The translations under genes were made by a program, and so were the position numbers. Of a stretch of 64,000 nt of DNA, positions 10,287-20,378 are shown piece after piece. Location of the stretch: the IMG/VR virus record IMGVR_UViG_3300045988_120055, positions 53,031 to 117,030 of that record; one strand, given 5' to 3'. Position 1 is the first letter of the stretch, and each line of letters starts with the position of its first letter. The notes under the pieces are model-generated. The model was given only the letters and a program-made list of their open reading frames with translations, was not told where the DNA came from and searched no databases. This DNA is from a virus.

Positions 10287-11289
10287 CCCCTATCATTTTT
10301 ATTTCGTTTTCTAATATGTAATTTAACTTTTCTTTTCCCATATCGGACGGTGATACCTTATTGGAATACTCACTTAAATTAAAGTCCCAGTATCCTAACT
10401 CAATCTCAGCAAATCTTGAATATCCTTTTAGCATGTCAATATTTCTCATGATATTCTTAATATCATAGCCAACGTCATGCATAAATATTACTTTTTTAGG
10501 ATTTAATTCCAATAATAATTGCACCTGTTTCTTGCTGATTGTTCCACTACCAAGTGCCACACAGTTTCTAATTCCATATGTAAAACACTGCATTACAGAT
10601 TTCTCTGCCTCAAATATCAACACAACACCGTTGGCTAAATACTGATAATTCTGAGAATATCCATATAATGTTTGAGACATTTGACACGGAACATCGTAGA
10701 AATATTTCATTTCACCATCTTCAACGTCATAGTTAAATCTTTCTTTTACACCAATTAGTTGTCCTAATTGATTTCTAATCGGAATTGCGATCCCTTGAGA
10801 TGATGTATCAAACCGAATGCCAAAAGTTCTTTGTGCTTCAAGTGATATATTATCTTTAAGGAATCTTAAATTTCCTACATTATTGTATTTATCTAATATA
10901 GATTCATCATAAGTTTGGATTCGAACTACATTGTGATTTCTAATCCTTTCATAAAATCCGCCAAAAATACCTTGTCTATCAAAGAAATCATAGTAATCAG
11001 TAATCCCTAAGATGTTTTTAACAACTCCTAAAACCTCTGCAAAATCAACTCCACGTTGCTGCATAATATATGAGAACAAATCTTTTTGGATTGCTCTAGC
11101 ATAATCATGCACAAACAACGCTTTGTTATTTTTTAGATTGATTACTATGGACTTCTTTGAAGAAACCTCATCTCGACCAAATGACATATATGTGTTTCTG
11201 ATCACTACATGACAATAATCAAAATGTTCCAAGACTTCTCTTATTTTTTCAGGATTAGACAATAGTTCTTTTTTTATATTGTCTAACAT
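10261..11289 (-). CDS. DnaG-like DNA primase (Toprim domain)
   Basis: Toprim segment VVLIFEAEKSVMQCF...VIFMHDVGYD; located between RecJ-like and DnaB-like genes. Confidence 0.5.
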   Translation of the reverse strand: MLDNIKKELLSNPEKIREVLEHFDYCHVVIRNTYMSFGRDEVSSKKSIVINLKNNKALFVHDYARAIQKDLFSYIMQQRGVDFAEVLGVVKNILGITDYYDFFDRQGIFGGFYERIRNHNVVRIQTYDESILDKYNNVGNLRFLKDNISLEAQRTFGIRFDTSSQGIAIPIRNQLGQLIGVKERFNYDVEDGEMKYFYDVPCQMSQTLYGYSQNYQYLANGVVLIFEAEKSVMQCFTYGIRNCVALGSGTISKKQVQLLLELNPKKVIFMHDVGYDIKNIMRNIDMLKGYSRFAEIELGYWDFNLSEYSNKVSPSDMGKEKLNYILENEIKMIGDEDVEEEI

Positions 11290-11310
11290 ATATCACACCG
11301 CACATTTTAA

Positions 11311-12801
11311 TTATTTAATCTCTCCATGTTTAAATCTTGCCTGCGCAACCTCTCTAAAGATACAATGATCACCATCGAATTTAAGTAGATAACCAACTCC
11401 TGTATCTGATGAGTTTGAACCGCTTCGACATTTCTCAACAAATAAAGCTCTCCATACCGCAGTGCGGTCAGGATGATATTCCTCCTCAATCCATTTGTCA
11501 TTGACTTTTTTTAGCCTAAATGGACGGCAATAGAATTTGCTCTTTTCGTCAAGCTCTTCATCATACACAGTTCTCATCAAGAAAAGATTTTCTAATACTT
11601 CTTTGATCTGCTTAGAGTTTGAAAGAACAGAACTATCAAGAAATAGTCTTCCTCTCATATACTCTGCTAACTGCACAGATGCCAGCATGATAATGTTATA
11701 TTTTTTCGCAAGTTTATCTAACTCTCGACTGTCATGAACCAAAGATAAGTCAGTACGATTGCCTTTAAAATCTCCTTCTTGAATCTTAAAAGTGTCATAC
11801 AACACTGTGTCATATCCATAGCGAAGTACATGCTCTCTGATTTTCTTCTTGACAACAGTCATATCAGCATCATTGATAAGTAAGAATTTCACTCTACCCT
11901 TATACTGTTCTCGCCATAACTGTTGCACGTCTTTTAGTTCTCTTCGGCTTGCATCATCAATCTGCCCAGACATCATTTTCTTCTTTGTCAGCTTAAAATA
12001 ACGATTATGCTTCGCTAAAAGCCAGATCATAAACTTGACTTTAAATTTCTTTACTTTTTCTTCGTTTGAAATGATCAATACTTTCCTATCATAATTCAGC
12101 AATGCCATAAGCAAAGTGATAAACCATGTTGATTTACCTGCACTGCTGAATCCACCCATCATAGTGAGCGTTCCCTCAAGAATACCCATGATCTGTCTGG
12201 ATAAGAACGGAAAGCAGTTCATTTCTTCGCCATTAATATCAATCCCTGCTACATCGAAAGGAACTCCATTTTCTTCCCCTTCGACGCAAGAATCAATAAA
12301 ATCATCATCAAAATCAATTTCTTCTTCTTCCAGAATCTTACTGGAATATCCCGTACCATATGTACTTAGTCTTGCATCGTACCAATCTGTAACTTCCTCG
12401 GCAGTCATTCTTCTGAAAAGTGTTACTGGTACGATTTTCTTGCCGTCAATGTCTATCTCTTTGAACAGGTTAAATCCATCATCATACATCTTCAGCATAG
12501 TGTTTTCTCTATACAGAATGTCGATATACACATCAAAATTCTGTGTGTTGATAATATCTATCTGATGTTGAATAGAATCCCATCCTCCCATGTCAGTGTA
12601 TCTTTTTATAGCGTTCTCAGACAGGTTGGATAAAATCGTGATTTCATCCAGAGAATAGAAACCCTGTTCACGTAATTTTTTAAGCATAGAAAAGTAAAAA
12701 AGTCCATCTTTTGTAATGAAATCGTGTTGTTCAAATGTCGTATCATCCAATAGCAACATATCTTTAAAGAAACAACTAATTACATTTCCTTCTGCCTCCA
12801 T
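11311..12801 (-). CDS. DnaB-like replicative DNA helicase
   Basis: Walker A GGFSSAGKSTWFITLLMALL in C-terminal RecA-like domain plus N-terminal helical domain; 496 aa. Confidence 0.7.
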   Translation of the reverse strand: MEAEGNVISCFFKDMLLLDDTTFEQHDFITKDGLFYFSMLKKLREQGFYSLDEITILSNLSENAIKRYTDMGGWDSIQHQIDIINTQNFDVYIDILYRENTMLKMYDDGFNLFKEIDIDGKKIVPVTLFRRMTAEEVTDWYDARLSTYGTGYSSKILEEEEIDFDDDFIDSCVEGEENGVPFDVAGIDINGEEMNCFPFLSRQIMGILEGTLTMMGGFSSAGKSTWFITLLMALLNYDRKVLIISNEEKVKKFKVKFMIWLLAKHNRYFKLTKKKMMSGQIDDASRRELKDVQQLWREQYKGRVKFLLINDADMTVVKKKIREHVLRYGYDTVLYDTFKIQEGDFKGNRTDLSLVHDSRELDKLAKKYNIIMLASVQLAEYMRGRLFLDSSVLSNSKQIKEVLENLFLMRTVYDEELDEKSKFYCRPFRLKKVNDKWIEEEYHPDRTAVWRALFVEKCRSGSNSSDTGVGYLLKFDGDHCIFREVAQARFKHGEIK

Positions 12802-12857
12802 ACGACCTTTTAATAATTTTGACGGATATTTGTCTTTAACTCCTGCAACAAAATCTG

Positions 12858-13394
12858 CTATTCTTTCTCACCAACTTCCGTCAAAATATCGTCAATACAT
12901 CTACGAGATTTCTTTTTCTTCTTGTATTTAGTTTTTTCGGCTCCGATATTTTCATTGATCTGTTTATTTACATCATGGTGCTTAACTGTAGCTTGTTTTC
13001 TCTGCGGAATCTTTTCGTCAGAATCCATATAATCAACCAGACTATTTTTTAAAATTGCTGAAAAGTATTTAATCTTAGCAAACTCGCTGTTATATTCTCT
13101 CCCAACAATTCTTGTTAAATATTCTTGATTGTCATGCAAGTATTCTAATATCAATTTAAATCCGTAAATCTTGCCAAGAGCATTTACTTCCTTATTTAAT
13201 ACAGTGTTCGTTACCGTATATCCGAAAATATCATAAATACAATAATATGTATCATTCCTATTTTTGCGGTTTTCCATCATTTTGTTATACTCAGCTTCTG
13301 AGCAGTAGTAGGCATTTGGTTTACCTTCTACTGCTACTTTAAAAGCTTCGTTTCTGTCTACTTTTTTGCCGCAAATTCTACATTTTACAAGCAT
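12858..13394 (-). CDS. hypothetical protein with N-terminal CxxC zinc-ribbon
   Basis: MLVKCRICGKK...AYYCSE; K-rich C-terminus; no known family recognised. Confidence 0.35.
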   Translation of the reverse strand: MLVKCRICGKKVDRNEAFKVAVEGKPNAYYCSEAEYNKMMENRKNRNDTYYCIYDIFGYTVTNTVLNKEVNALGKIYGFKLILEYLHDNQEYLTRIVGREYNSEFAKIKYFSAILKNSLVDYMDSDEKIPQRKQATVKHHDVNKQINENIGAEKTKYKKKKKSRRCIDDILTEVGEKE

Positions 13395-13405
13395 TGCTCA
13401 GACTC

Positions 13406-14614
13406 CTATTTCAGCAGATCATACATTTCTTTTAATCCATCATCGTCGACTTCACTAAGTTTTCCATACTGCTTAATGATTCCTTTGACTTTTGTTTTTA
13501 ATTCTGCGTCTTCACAAGTTTTACACAACTCTTTTACATGTTCTCTTAAATCTTCTGGATAGTTGTCTGATGTATCTTCATCAATATCATCAATAACATC
13601 TTCCATTAAATCTTCGTCAGCTTCTGTAATATCATCTTCAATAATATCATCGATGTCTTCCTCGATCTCATCTTCTGGTTCTGGCTGAGGAGTTGGCTTT
13701 TTAGTTTTTTTAGAAAGAACTGTTTTAGATTTCTCCATTCCGTCTTCTACCACTTCAATGAAATCTTCTCCCATATTTCCTTTGTCAAATACCATATATT
13801 CAGGAACTGCATCAGAAGCAAATCTACCACCAGCGTCAATTAATGTTGTTCCACGGAAATAAAGTTTTCTAATTTCATCTGTAGCATATCTCTTAGCTTT
13901 ATCACCTTCACCTCTGACTTCAACATTTCTGTCAATTACACCAGTGAAAGTTACATCAAAGATATCACCAAAAGCAGATTCATAAGCACTTACAAGATTG
14001 GATGTTAACTGCTGGTATCCGTCTTCTTCTAAGCCACCTTTTTCTCTGATAGTTTTGAATTTTGTATGAGCAATTCCCCAAACACCAATGCCAGCATCTT
14101 CGATATCACTCATGTAAGCTTTGATCATGTCTGCTGTATATCTCTGTCCTGCCTGATAGCCACCCATAGCAGCGTTGATAGTTTTGCACTTTTTCTGTCC
14201 TTCTTTATTGCTGATCCTGATTGTCTCTTCTTCAAATAATGGACAAATTTCATCAACGGTATCAAAACAAACCATCTGAATATTGTGTTTTACTGGAACA
14301 TATTCTGGTTTTCTCTTTTCATTGCGAACAATTTTGCCAGACTTATCTCTTTTGAATACTCTTTTGTTAATTAAGTATTCTTTTAACTCTACCGCATCTT
14401 CATATGAAGTAATACGCAGAGTGTTAATATTATCTAACATCCTTGTTCCTTTTTCGAATCCGCACTGTACGAGAAGTCCATATGACGGATCTCCATATTT
14501 TGCAACAATTACATCTCTGAACAATGTAGTTTTTCCGAACTTTTTAATTGATCTAAGATAGATTGACAGGTTTTTAATATCTGGTTTAATTTCGTTAATT
14601 ACTGGTAATTCCAT
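13406..14614 (-). CDS. hypothetical replication-module protein with extremely acidic C-terminal tail
   Basis: 402 aa, weak P-loop-like FGKTT, C-terminal DEIEEDIDDIIEDDITEADEDLMEDVIDDIDED; position between helicase and SSB-like gene suggests replication/recombination accessory role. Confidence 0.35.
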   Translation of the reverse strand: MELPVINEIKPDIKNLSIYLRSIKKFGKTTLFRDVIVAKYGDPSYGLLVQCGFEKGTRMLDNINTLRITSYEDAVELKEYLINKRVFKRDKSGKIVRNEKRKPEYVPVKHNIQMVCFDTVDEICPLFEEETIRISNKEGQKKCKTINAAMGGYQAGQRYTADMIKAYMSDIEDAGIGVWGIAHTKFKTIREKGGLEEDGYQQLTSNLVSAYESAFGDIFDVTFTGVIDRNVEVRGEGDKAKRYATDEIRKLYFRGTTLIDAGGRFASDAVPEYMVFDKGNMGEDFIEVVEDGMEKSKTVLSKKTKKPTPQPEPEDEIEEDIDDIIEDDITEADEDLMEDVIDDIDEDTSDNYPEDLREHVKELCKTCEDAELKTKVKGIIKQYGKLSEVDDDGLKEMYDLLK

Positions 14615-14692
14615 ATGTATAATTTCTCCTTTTAAAGACAGTATTTTGTTTTATAAATCATCAAGCGAGTAAAGAGCTAAAAGCTCTAAACT

Positions 14693-15937
14693 CTAATCGA
14701 ATAAGTCATCATCGTCATCATTATCATTATCGATTGATTCTTCTGAGAATAAATCTTCGTTCTCGTCAATCTCTAATGCAGGTACTTCCATATCTTCTGC
14801 TGTATAAACCGTGTCCTGAACGCCCTCTTTAATACCGTTGCGTGATGGCTTAATTAACTGATACTCTTTGACTTTATCTCCATAAGCACTTCCGCCAATC
14901 GCCTTTTGAATCTCTTCCATAGTAATGATTCCACATTCAAGATCATCTCTCTGTTCTTCTGAGAGCATGTCCTCTGTAAGTTCTACACGCTGAGAACCAT
15001 TGATCATATCTACGACAATGCCGTATTCCATGTATTTGTCTTCATCGTCGACAATGAATTTTCTCTTTAAGCCATTAGCCTTCTTGTATCCGCTTTCGTC
15101 TTTTTCTTTATCAGGAACTGGAATAACAACTGTTGTTGGAACGGCTAATTTTTTCTTTCTGCTCTGGATGTATTCAAAGACAAATCCATTAACGTAATAT
15201 TTACCGTCTTCCTCAACACTTGTTTCGTCTAAGCTCTCAGCTCCAAATACAAAACTCATTGTTGCTGTAGAATATGGTTCATCATCATCTGCTGCGAGAT
15301 AAATTCTGTTAGGAATTAGATTCTCATAAAATCTTTCTTTGTCATCAGAATATGAATAATCTCCACGTCCTCTGATATGGAAATTGCAATCATCATATTT
15401 GCCACTATCAATGACTTTTTTGATAAATTCTGCGTAATCCCATTCAGAGATAAACTCATGATGTCTCTTTTTGCTCTTTTCGTACTCTTTTTCAAGCTCA
15501 TCTATGGACGTTAATCCAACTTCGGCAAGATCTTTATCCGTAATATCTTTACCTTCTTTGATTTTTTCTAAGGCATTTTTTAATTTGTATCTTCTTCCTG
15601 GTTTTTCTAGGTCAAAAACAAATTTTCTGAAATCTGATACTTCTTCCAATTTTGGAGATGTTAATCTGTCTTTAAAAGGAATCTGAATTTTTTCTCCATC
15701 TTTGATTTTCTTACCACTTGAGTCGTATTCTGGTTTGGAATATGTATAGACATCACCGTGTCCATCTTCGAAACTTCCTGCGTCAACAGTTAACATATGT
15801 CTACTGTCACCGCATGTCACATTAAATAACAGTCTTCTTCGTACCCAGCCTGACTTTTCATATTTTGTCTCACTGTAAGGGTGAAATTTTTCTGTGTCCT
15901 TGCTAATGCTGAGCTTTCCTGTCATTTCAAAATTCAT
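14693..15937 (-). CDS. putative ssDNA-binding protein (acidic C-terminal tip)
   Basis: 414 aa ending ...DNDNDDDDDLFD, reminiscent of SSB acidic tails; placement in replication module. Assignment tentative. Confidence 0.3.
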   Translation of the reverse strand: MNFEMTGKLSISKDTEKFHPYSETKYEKSGWVRRRLLFNVTCGDSRHMLTVDAGSFEDGHGDVYTYSKPEYDSSGKKIKDGEKIQIPFKDRLTSPKLEEVSDFRKFVFDLEKPGRRYKLKNALEKIKEGKDITDKDLAEVGLTSIDELEKEYEKSKKRHHEFISEWDYAEFIKKVIDSGKYDDCNFHIRGRGDYSYSDDKERFYENLIPNRIYLAADDDEPYSTATMSFVFGAESLDETSVEEDGKYYVNGFVFEYIQSRKKKLAVPTTVVIPVPDKEKDESGYKKANGLKRKFIVDDEDKYMEYGIVVDMINGSQRVELTEDMLSEEQRDDLECGIITMEEIQKAIGGSAYGDKVKEYQLIKPSRNGIKEGVQDTVYTAEDMEVPALEIDENEDLFSEESIDNDNDDDDDLFD

Positions 15938-16149
15938 TAAATAGAATTCCTCCTCTTGTTATTAAATTTGTTTAGTTAGTTTTTAGTTTGTAAATAAGTC
16001 ATCAATTTATATCCACTGTCAACTCTGCCAAAGTCAACAGGAACAAAAAATAATTTTATCTGATCGTCTTATATTGCTATAATCGTTCTAGTACGTTTAT
16101 AACAAATGCGTCAAAAAAAATAATAAAAGTTGTTTGCGTTATTCAACTT

Positions 16150-16692
16150 TTATAATCTGGAAAATGTTGTTGATCGCATTCTTTTAATCTTTTGTTGTAT
16201 CGCTTGAAATGATGTGCCAAACATTTTTGCGATTTCTTGATATGTATAACCTTTTGATTTTAAATCAACAATCATTCTGTCCTTATTATTTAGTGTGTAA
16301 CATTTATCTTGAAAATTCAACTTGAAAATAATATTTTTTTCAAAATTTTCTTCATCCTTTAAAAGAAATGAATTTTCATTTTTGTCTTCATCCCAATCAT
16401 CTAACATATGATTATATGAAATAGTATTCATATCACCCTTTCTTCTCTGCCGAAATCTGTATTTGTTATATACCGTTATTTCATTTTGTATACATAAATA
16501 CGCATATGTCGAAAATGATTTAGATCGTGTTTCATCATAATCAATTGCTGCCTTACACAACCCAATGGCAGCGAATCCATAATAGTCATCAAAATCTTGT
16601 CTGCGGATACCGCATTTTGTCATAGCAGAGTAAATCAAATTATGATTTTGTTCTACTAATTTTCTCTGTTCGTCATTTAATTTCAACGACAT
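16150..16692 (-). CDS. sigma-70 family sigma factor (phage-encoded)
   Basis: Region-2-like N-terminus (YYGFAAIGLCKAAIDYDETRSKSFSTYAYLCIQNEI) and region-4 HTH (YTYQEIAKMFGTSFQAIQQKIKRM). Confidence 0.7.
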   Translation of the reverse strand: MSLKLNDEQRKLVEQNHNLIYSAMTKCGIRRQDFDDYYGFAAIGLCKAAIDYDETRSKSFSTYAYLCIQNEITVYNKYRFRQRRKGDMNTISYNHMLDDWDEDKNENSFLLKDEENFEKNIIFKLNFQDKCYTLNNKDRMIVDLKSKGYTYQEIAKMFGTSFQAIQQKIKRMRSTTFSRL

Positions 16693-16722
16693 TTACTCCT
16701 TTATTTACTTGTTCTTATGTAA

Positions 16723-16959
16723 TTATCCCTTGCAAAAAGGCACCCATTGTTTGGGCGGAAATTCGTTCAATCTCCAATAACCAGGATGACTAGAGGTAAT
16801 AGGACATATTTGCCTAGTCCCGCCATCTAGTAATTTTAAAAACGGACATGTGATATTACAACCACAACTATCTTTGTTAATAGTACAAATATCTTGAATT
16901 GTTTTTAATGCAACAGCAACTGCTTCTTCCGTATACTCTCCATAATTTTTCTCACTCAT
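16723..16959 (-). CDS. small Cys-rich protein (paralog A)
   Basis: 78 aa; shares ALxxIQDxC...CxxCP...W...P..W..F pattern with the adjacent 79-aa ORF. Confidence 0.4.
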   Translation of the reverse strand: MSEKNYGEYTEEAVAVALKTIQDICTINKDSCGCNITCPFLKLLDGGTRQICPITSSHPGYWRLNEFPPKQWVPFCKG

Positions 16960-16972
16960 AAATCTTCATCTC

Positions 16973-17212
16973 CTACTTTTCAAATGCTCGCCACGTAGTA
17001 TCTGGATTGTCTGCAATACTCCAATTATCAGGCTCTAAATCTGTAATTGTACACGTATCATTATCTTCGATTCTCGTGCATAAAGGGCATTGCTTACACC
17101 GATCTCTATCGACAATATTGCTCTGATAATATTCGCACGTATCCTGAATCACATGCAGTGCATTTAAAATTTCTTCAGATGTATGTAATTTATTTTTCTT
17201 TTCTTTCTCCAT
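16973..17212 (-). CDS. small Cys-rich protein (paralog B)
   Basis: 79 aa; tandem paralog of 16723..16959. Confidence 0.4.
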   Translation of the reverse strand: MEKEKKNKLHTSEEILNALHVIQDTCEYYQSNIVDRDRCKQCPLCTRIEDNDTCTITDLEPDNWSIADNPDTTWRAFEK

Positions 17213-17217
17213 CTACA

Positions 17218-17625
17218 TTACTCTCCTAACTCAATACCGCAAATTTCTTTTGCTAGTTCTCTTACTGCAACACGACCTACCCAATCTGTCTGCCAGCCAT
17301 TTATAGATTTTGATGACCAATCTGTGAGATCATTGTCATACATAAATTTCAGCAAATCTTCTAAAGTATGAATGTCTTTTTTAACCTCATTTACCTTGCC
17401 ATAAAACTCTCGTTTTAGAACCGCTTTTATTTCTGATTCAGTGCGATATATCTCTTCTAAAAGAACCATATATAAACCATGTGTTATACTGTCTTGTATC
17501 ATTATATATGTTAGATCGCCAAGACATTTAATCTCCGTAATAATTCCAGACTTAACAGTATATGGTTCACCGTACCAAGCAAAATACACTTCGTCTCCAA
17601 CTTTGAAATCGCCCATCTTTATCAC
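17218..17625 (-). CDS. hypothetical protein
   Basis: 135-aa minus-strand ORF in the same-strand gene array; no motif recognised. Confidence 0.4.
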   Translation of the reverse strand: MIKMGDFKVGDEVYFAWYGEPYTVKSGIITEIKCLGDLTYIMIQDSITHGLYMVLLEEIYRTESEIKAVLKREFYGKVNEVKKDIHTLEDLLKFMYDNDLTDWSSKSINGWQTDWVGRVAVRELAKEICGIELGE

Positions 17626-17631
17626 CTCTTT

Positions 17632-17835
17632 CTAGCACCAAGCCCATAGAATTAGCTCAATTAAGAATACTACATGTAACATAATCCAGAAAAGAAATAC
17701 CGCATGGGCAGGTGAATCCCAATTGTCCGAGTCATCACGAGCAGTAATTATGAACCAAACCCAAGCAGCTACATACAACAATACGCACACAGCAATTGAA
17801 AATATTCTGATTGTTAATTTAACATTATCTATCAT
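17632..17835 (-). CDS. small membrane protein
   Basis: 67 aa with two hydrophobic helices. Confidence 0.35.
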   Translation of the reverse strand: MIDNVKLTIRIFSIAVCVLLYVAAWVWFIITARDDSDNWDSPAHAVFLFWIMLHVVFLIELILWAWC

Positions 17836-17844
17836 TGCATCCTA

Positions 17845-18384
17845 CTATTCATTGACTTCAACTGGCTCTAATTTGTCTTTATTTTTAACAAAATCCAACA
17901 TGACTTCTTCTTGTATATCTTCATATAATTTGTCATAGTATGTTTTCTTTAATTTAAAAAATGCTACTTTCAAATCTTCACAATAAAACCTACCTCTTTG
18001 CCCATTTTTAATTTGCCGATAAGGATTTTCAGGGTGCTCATACACAACAGAAATTGTTCCATCTCCATCATATGTAGTCTCCATCGAAATACTACCACTC
18101 TTAAGAGCATGATACATAACCTGATTATCTTCAATAAAACCATATGGATGCCACTCATAATCATCAGGAATAACAGTTGGTTCAATAACATCAAAATATT
18201 TTTCCAATTCATCTCCTGACATCACGCCAAGATGTACTCCATCTACACCAAATCTAAAATTAATAACATTTTCATCTGTATCAATCTTAACAATCTCACA
18301 TACCTCGCCAAGATTATCGAAGCATCCCATTGATTTCTTTAATTTAATCTTATGATCTGTAGTTAATTCATGAATATTGATCAT
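17845..18384 (-). CDS. hypothetical protein
   Basis: 179-aa ORF abutting neighbours. Confidence 0.4.
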   Translation of the reverse strand: MINIHELTTDHKIKLKKSMGCFDNLGEVCEIVKIDTDENVINFRFGVDGVHLGVMSGDELEKYFDVIEPTVIPDDYEWHPYGFIEDNQVMYHALKSGSISMETTYDGDGTISVVYEHPENPYRQIKNGQRGRFYCEDLKVAFFKLKKTYYDKLYEDIQEEVMLDFVKNKDKLEPVEVNE

Positions 18385-19415
18385 GCTGCCACCTTACCTT
18401 TCTTGCTAAAATGTTCATTCCATGCATCGACCGCTTCTTGCTGATCAGCGGTTAGAGGATCATTGAATCTTTGCAGTGCTTGTACGATTCGTCCATTTTG
18501 TATTTCAATCGTCACTAACGATTTGTTTGGTTCTTTTACTCTTCTCAAGAACATAATATGGCATTCGCCATCAATGACTCGATCTATGTAACTTGCCACA
18601 CAATTATTTTGCTGCACCGCTTCGTCTTTAATGTCTTGAGTAGAATCTGGATAAAAGAATCTCAGTCCTTTATATGTAAATTCGTATTCTTTATTAATAC
18701 GGTTCTTAAAGACTTCTTCCGAAAATTCTTTTTGCAATCTTTTGTAATTTCTTGTGACAATATCCATTGTTGTTTTGAAATGTCTTGGATATCTATCAAA
18801 TTTATGACTGATTGCGTCCATCATACGGGCATAATCACGCAATTCTCCGAGTAACCAATTTATACTATTGGTAGCAGCTTCAAATGTAATTATTCTATCT
18901 ATATAAACAAACACATCTGCAAGATTATAGCCATAATCCTGATTTAAAGCCTCCAAAATTTTCGTAAAACGATATCTATGATTATCCTCGAAGAAATTTA
19001 TTAAATATTCTTTAGTTAATGTCATATACTCTGTCTGTAAAATCGTTTGTACATAATCTGGATACATCTTATAAAAATCAACAAAATCATTACTTAACAA
19101 TCGTCTATTCTTCACACCAAGACAATAATTTCTTAACCATTTTGGTACTTCATTGATTGAATATTTAAAATCTTCTGTGACTTGTTTATGTGTAAATCCT
19201 ATAGCAAAGAACTGCTCACATACCGAATATTTACTTGCATATTTAAACAATGTTCCTAAATTATAATCAATGAAGCCCCATGTAGTTCTTCCCATTTCAC
19301 AATTTTTTCGCCAGTTTACATATTTTAAAAACTCTGCATAATGTGGATCGGACACAAATAATTTATCCAATTCATCAGCCGAATGCCCAGACAGAATATT
19401 ATTTAAAGCTTTCAC
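18381..19415 (-). CDS. PcfJ-like protein (tentative)
   Basis: 344 aa; C-terminal NNCVASYIDRVIDGECHIMFLRR segment resembles the PcfJ-domain signature; probable GTG start. Confidence 0.3.
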   Translation of the reverse strand: MKALNNILSGHSADELDKLFVSDPHYAEFLKYVNWRKNCEMGRTTWGFIDYNLGTLFKYASKYSVCEQFFAIGFTHKQVTEDFKYSINEVPKWLRNYCLGVKNRRLLSNDFVDFYKMYPDYVQTILQTEYMTLTKEYLINFFEDNHRYRFTKILEALNQDYGYNLADVFVYIDRIITFEAATNSINWLLGELRDYARMMDAISHKFDRYPRHFKTTMDIVTRNYKRLQKEFSEEVFKNRINKEYEFTYKGLRFFYPDSTQDIKDEAVQQNNCVASYIDRVIDGECHIMFLRRVKEPNKSLVTIEIQNGRIVQALQRFNDPLTADQQEAVDAWNEHFSKKGKVAA

Positions 19416-19543
19416 TTTCTTACCACTTTTGCCATAGCAATCACCATTTGATAAATCATATTTACAAGTTTTACCATCATCCAGATGGAAAATAATAAAC
19501 TTGCCTTGTTTCTCTGCCGTGATAGTGATTCAACTCCTTTCAT
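19412..19543 (-). CDS. small hypothetical ORF (43 aa), possibly translationally coupled to downstream gene
   Basis: ATG at 19543; stop overlaps the GTG start of 18381..19415 (GTGA); weak RBS. Confidence 0.2.
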   Translation of the reverse strand: MKGVESLSRQRNKASLLFSIWMMVKLVNMIYQMVIAMAKVVRK

Positions 19544-19576
19544 TTTGCCTCAAATTCCTATTTTATATCATTGCAT

Positions 19577-20050
19577 TTACACCCATGCTCGAATACTACA
19601 ATGACCCATCTTAAGATAAAAATCATATATATATGTACATAATTTTTTCTCATCGTCAAATATCTTGTCAGACATTTGCACCCACCAAGCATGTAATCTT
19701 TTCTTTTCTGTATTCAAAACCAGTACAGGAATATGACGTTCATATGCAATTGCAATCTCCATAGATGTACCAATGCTTTTCGGATCATTCGCATTTACTA
19801 CAACAAGATCACTATTTCTAACAAAATTTGTATCAAATCTCATTACTTCTTTTTCTGTATCATGCAACTCTGTTTGAAAATTGTAATAATCAACAGGGTT
19901 AATAATATTAACTTCTTTCATATTAACATTAAGAATCCTACGCATAGTAATAATTTGATTGCAAATTCTTTCTCTCCAAGCATTCTGCTCTTCAAACGAT
20001 AAATCCTGCATACCGCCTGCTAAATAAATCTGAAATACATTATTTTGCAT
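19577..20050 (-). CDS. nucleoside 2-deoxyribosyltransferase-like protein
   Basis: N-terminal IYLAGGM and SDLVVVNANDPKSIGTSMEIAIAYERHIPVLVL match the NDT/Rcl-like Rossmann-like family pattern. Confidence 0.5.
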   Translation of the reverse strand: MQNNVFQIYLAGGMQDLSFEEQNAWRERICNQIITMRRILNVNMKEVNIINPVDYYNFQTELHDTEKEVMRFDTNFVRNSDLVVVNANDPKSIGTSMEIAIAYERHIPVLVLNTEKKRLHAWWVQMSDKIFDDEKKLCTYIYDFYLKMGHCSIRAWV

Positions 20051-20378
20051 TTAATTTCTCCTCCACTTTCTTCGTTAAATAATCTAAAATATCCTTATCT
20101 GTCTTAAATGTCTGAGTGTCTTTCATAATTCTTTCTGCACTGAGGATACATTGATTCATCTTTTTAAAATTATCCACTGTAATATGTGTGAAGAATCTGG
20201 AATCTTCTTTAACAGAGGCAGAATCCTCACCTATCTTTGTATAATGAAATTCTTCACAGATCAATAGCATATCTTTACTACTTGGAAATCCACCCATTCT
20301 AAATGAAAAATTAATTACATGTTGAATTACTTTTGGATTACATTTGTTCTGCCAAAAATCTCCAATATGTATATCCAT
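20040..20378 (-). CDS. hypothetical protein
   Basis: 112-aa ORF. Confidence 0.4.
   Translation of the reverse strand: MDIHIGDFWQNKCNPKVIQHVINFSFRMGGFPSSKDMLLICEEFHYTKIGEDSASVKEDSRFFTHITVDNFKKMNQCILSAERIMKDTQTFKTDKDILDYLTKKVEEKLNAK

Noticed and set aside
9961-12565. Several 100-150-aa plus-strand ORFs (9961..10314, 11537..11737, 12116..12565)
   Set aside because: They are Ser/Ile/Leu-rich shadows antisense to the RecJ-like, primase and DnaB-like genes. No RBS or independent support was found.
16073-16081. Plus-strand extended -10 (TGCTATAAT) in the 16.0-16.15 kb intergenic region
   Set aside because: There is no matching -35. Nothing but the antisense of the sigma gene lies downstream. Treated as chance in AT-rich DNA.
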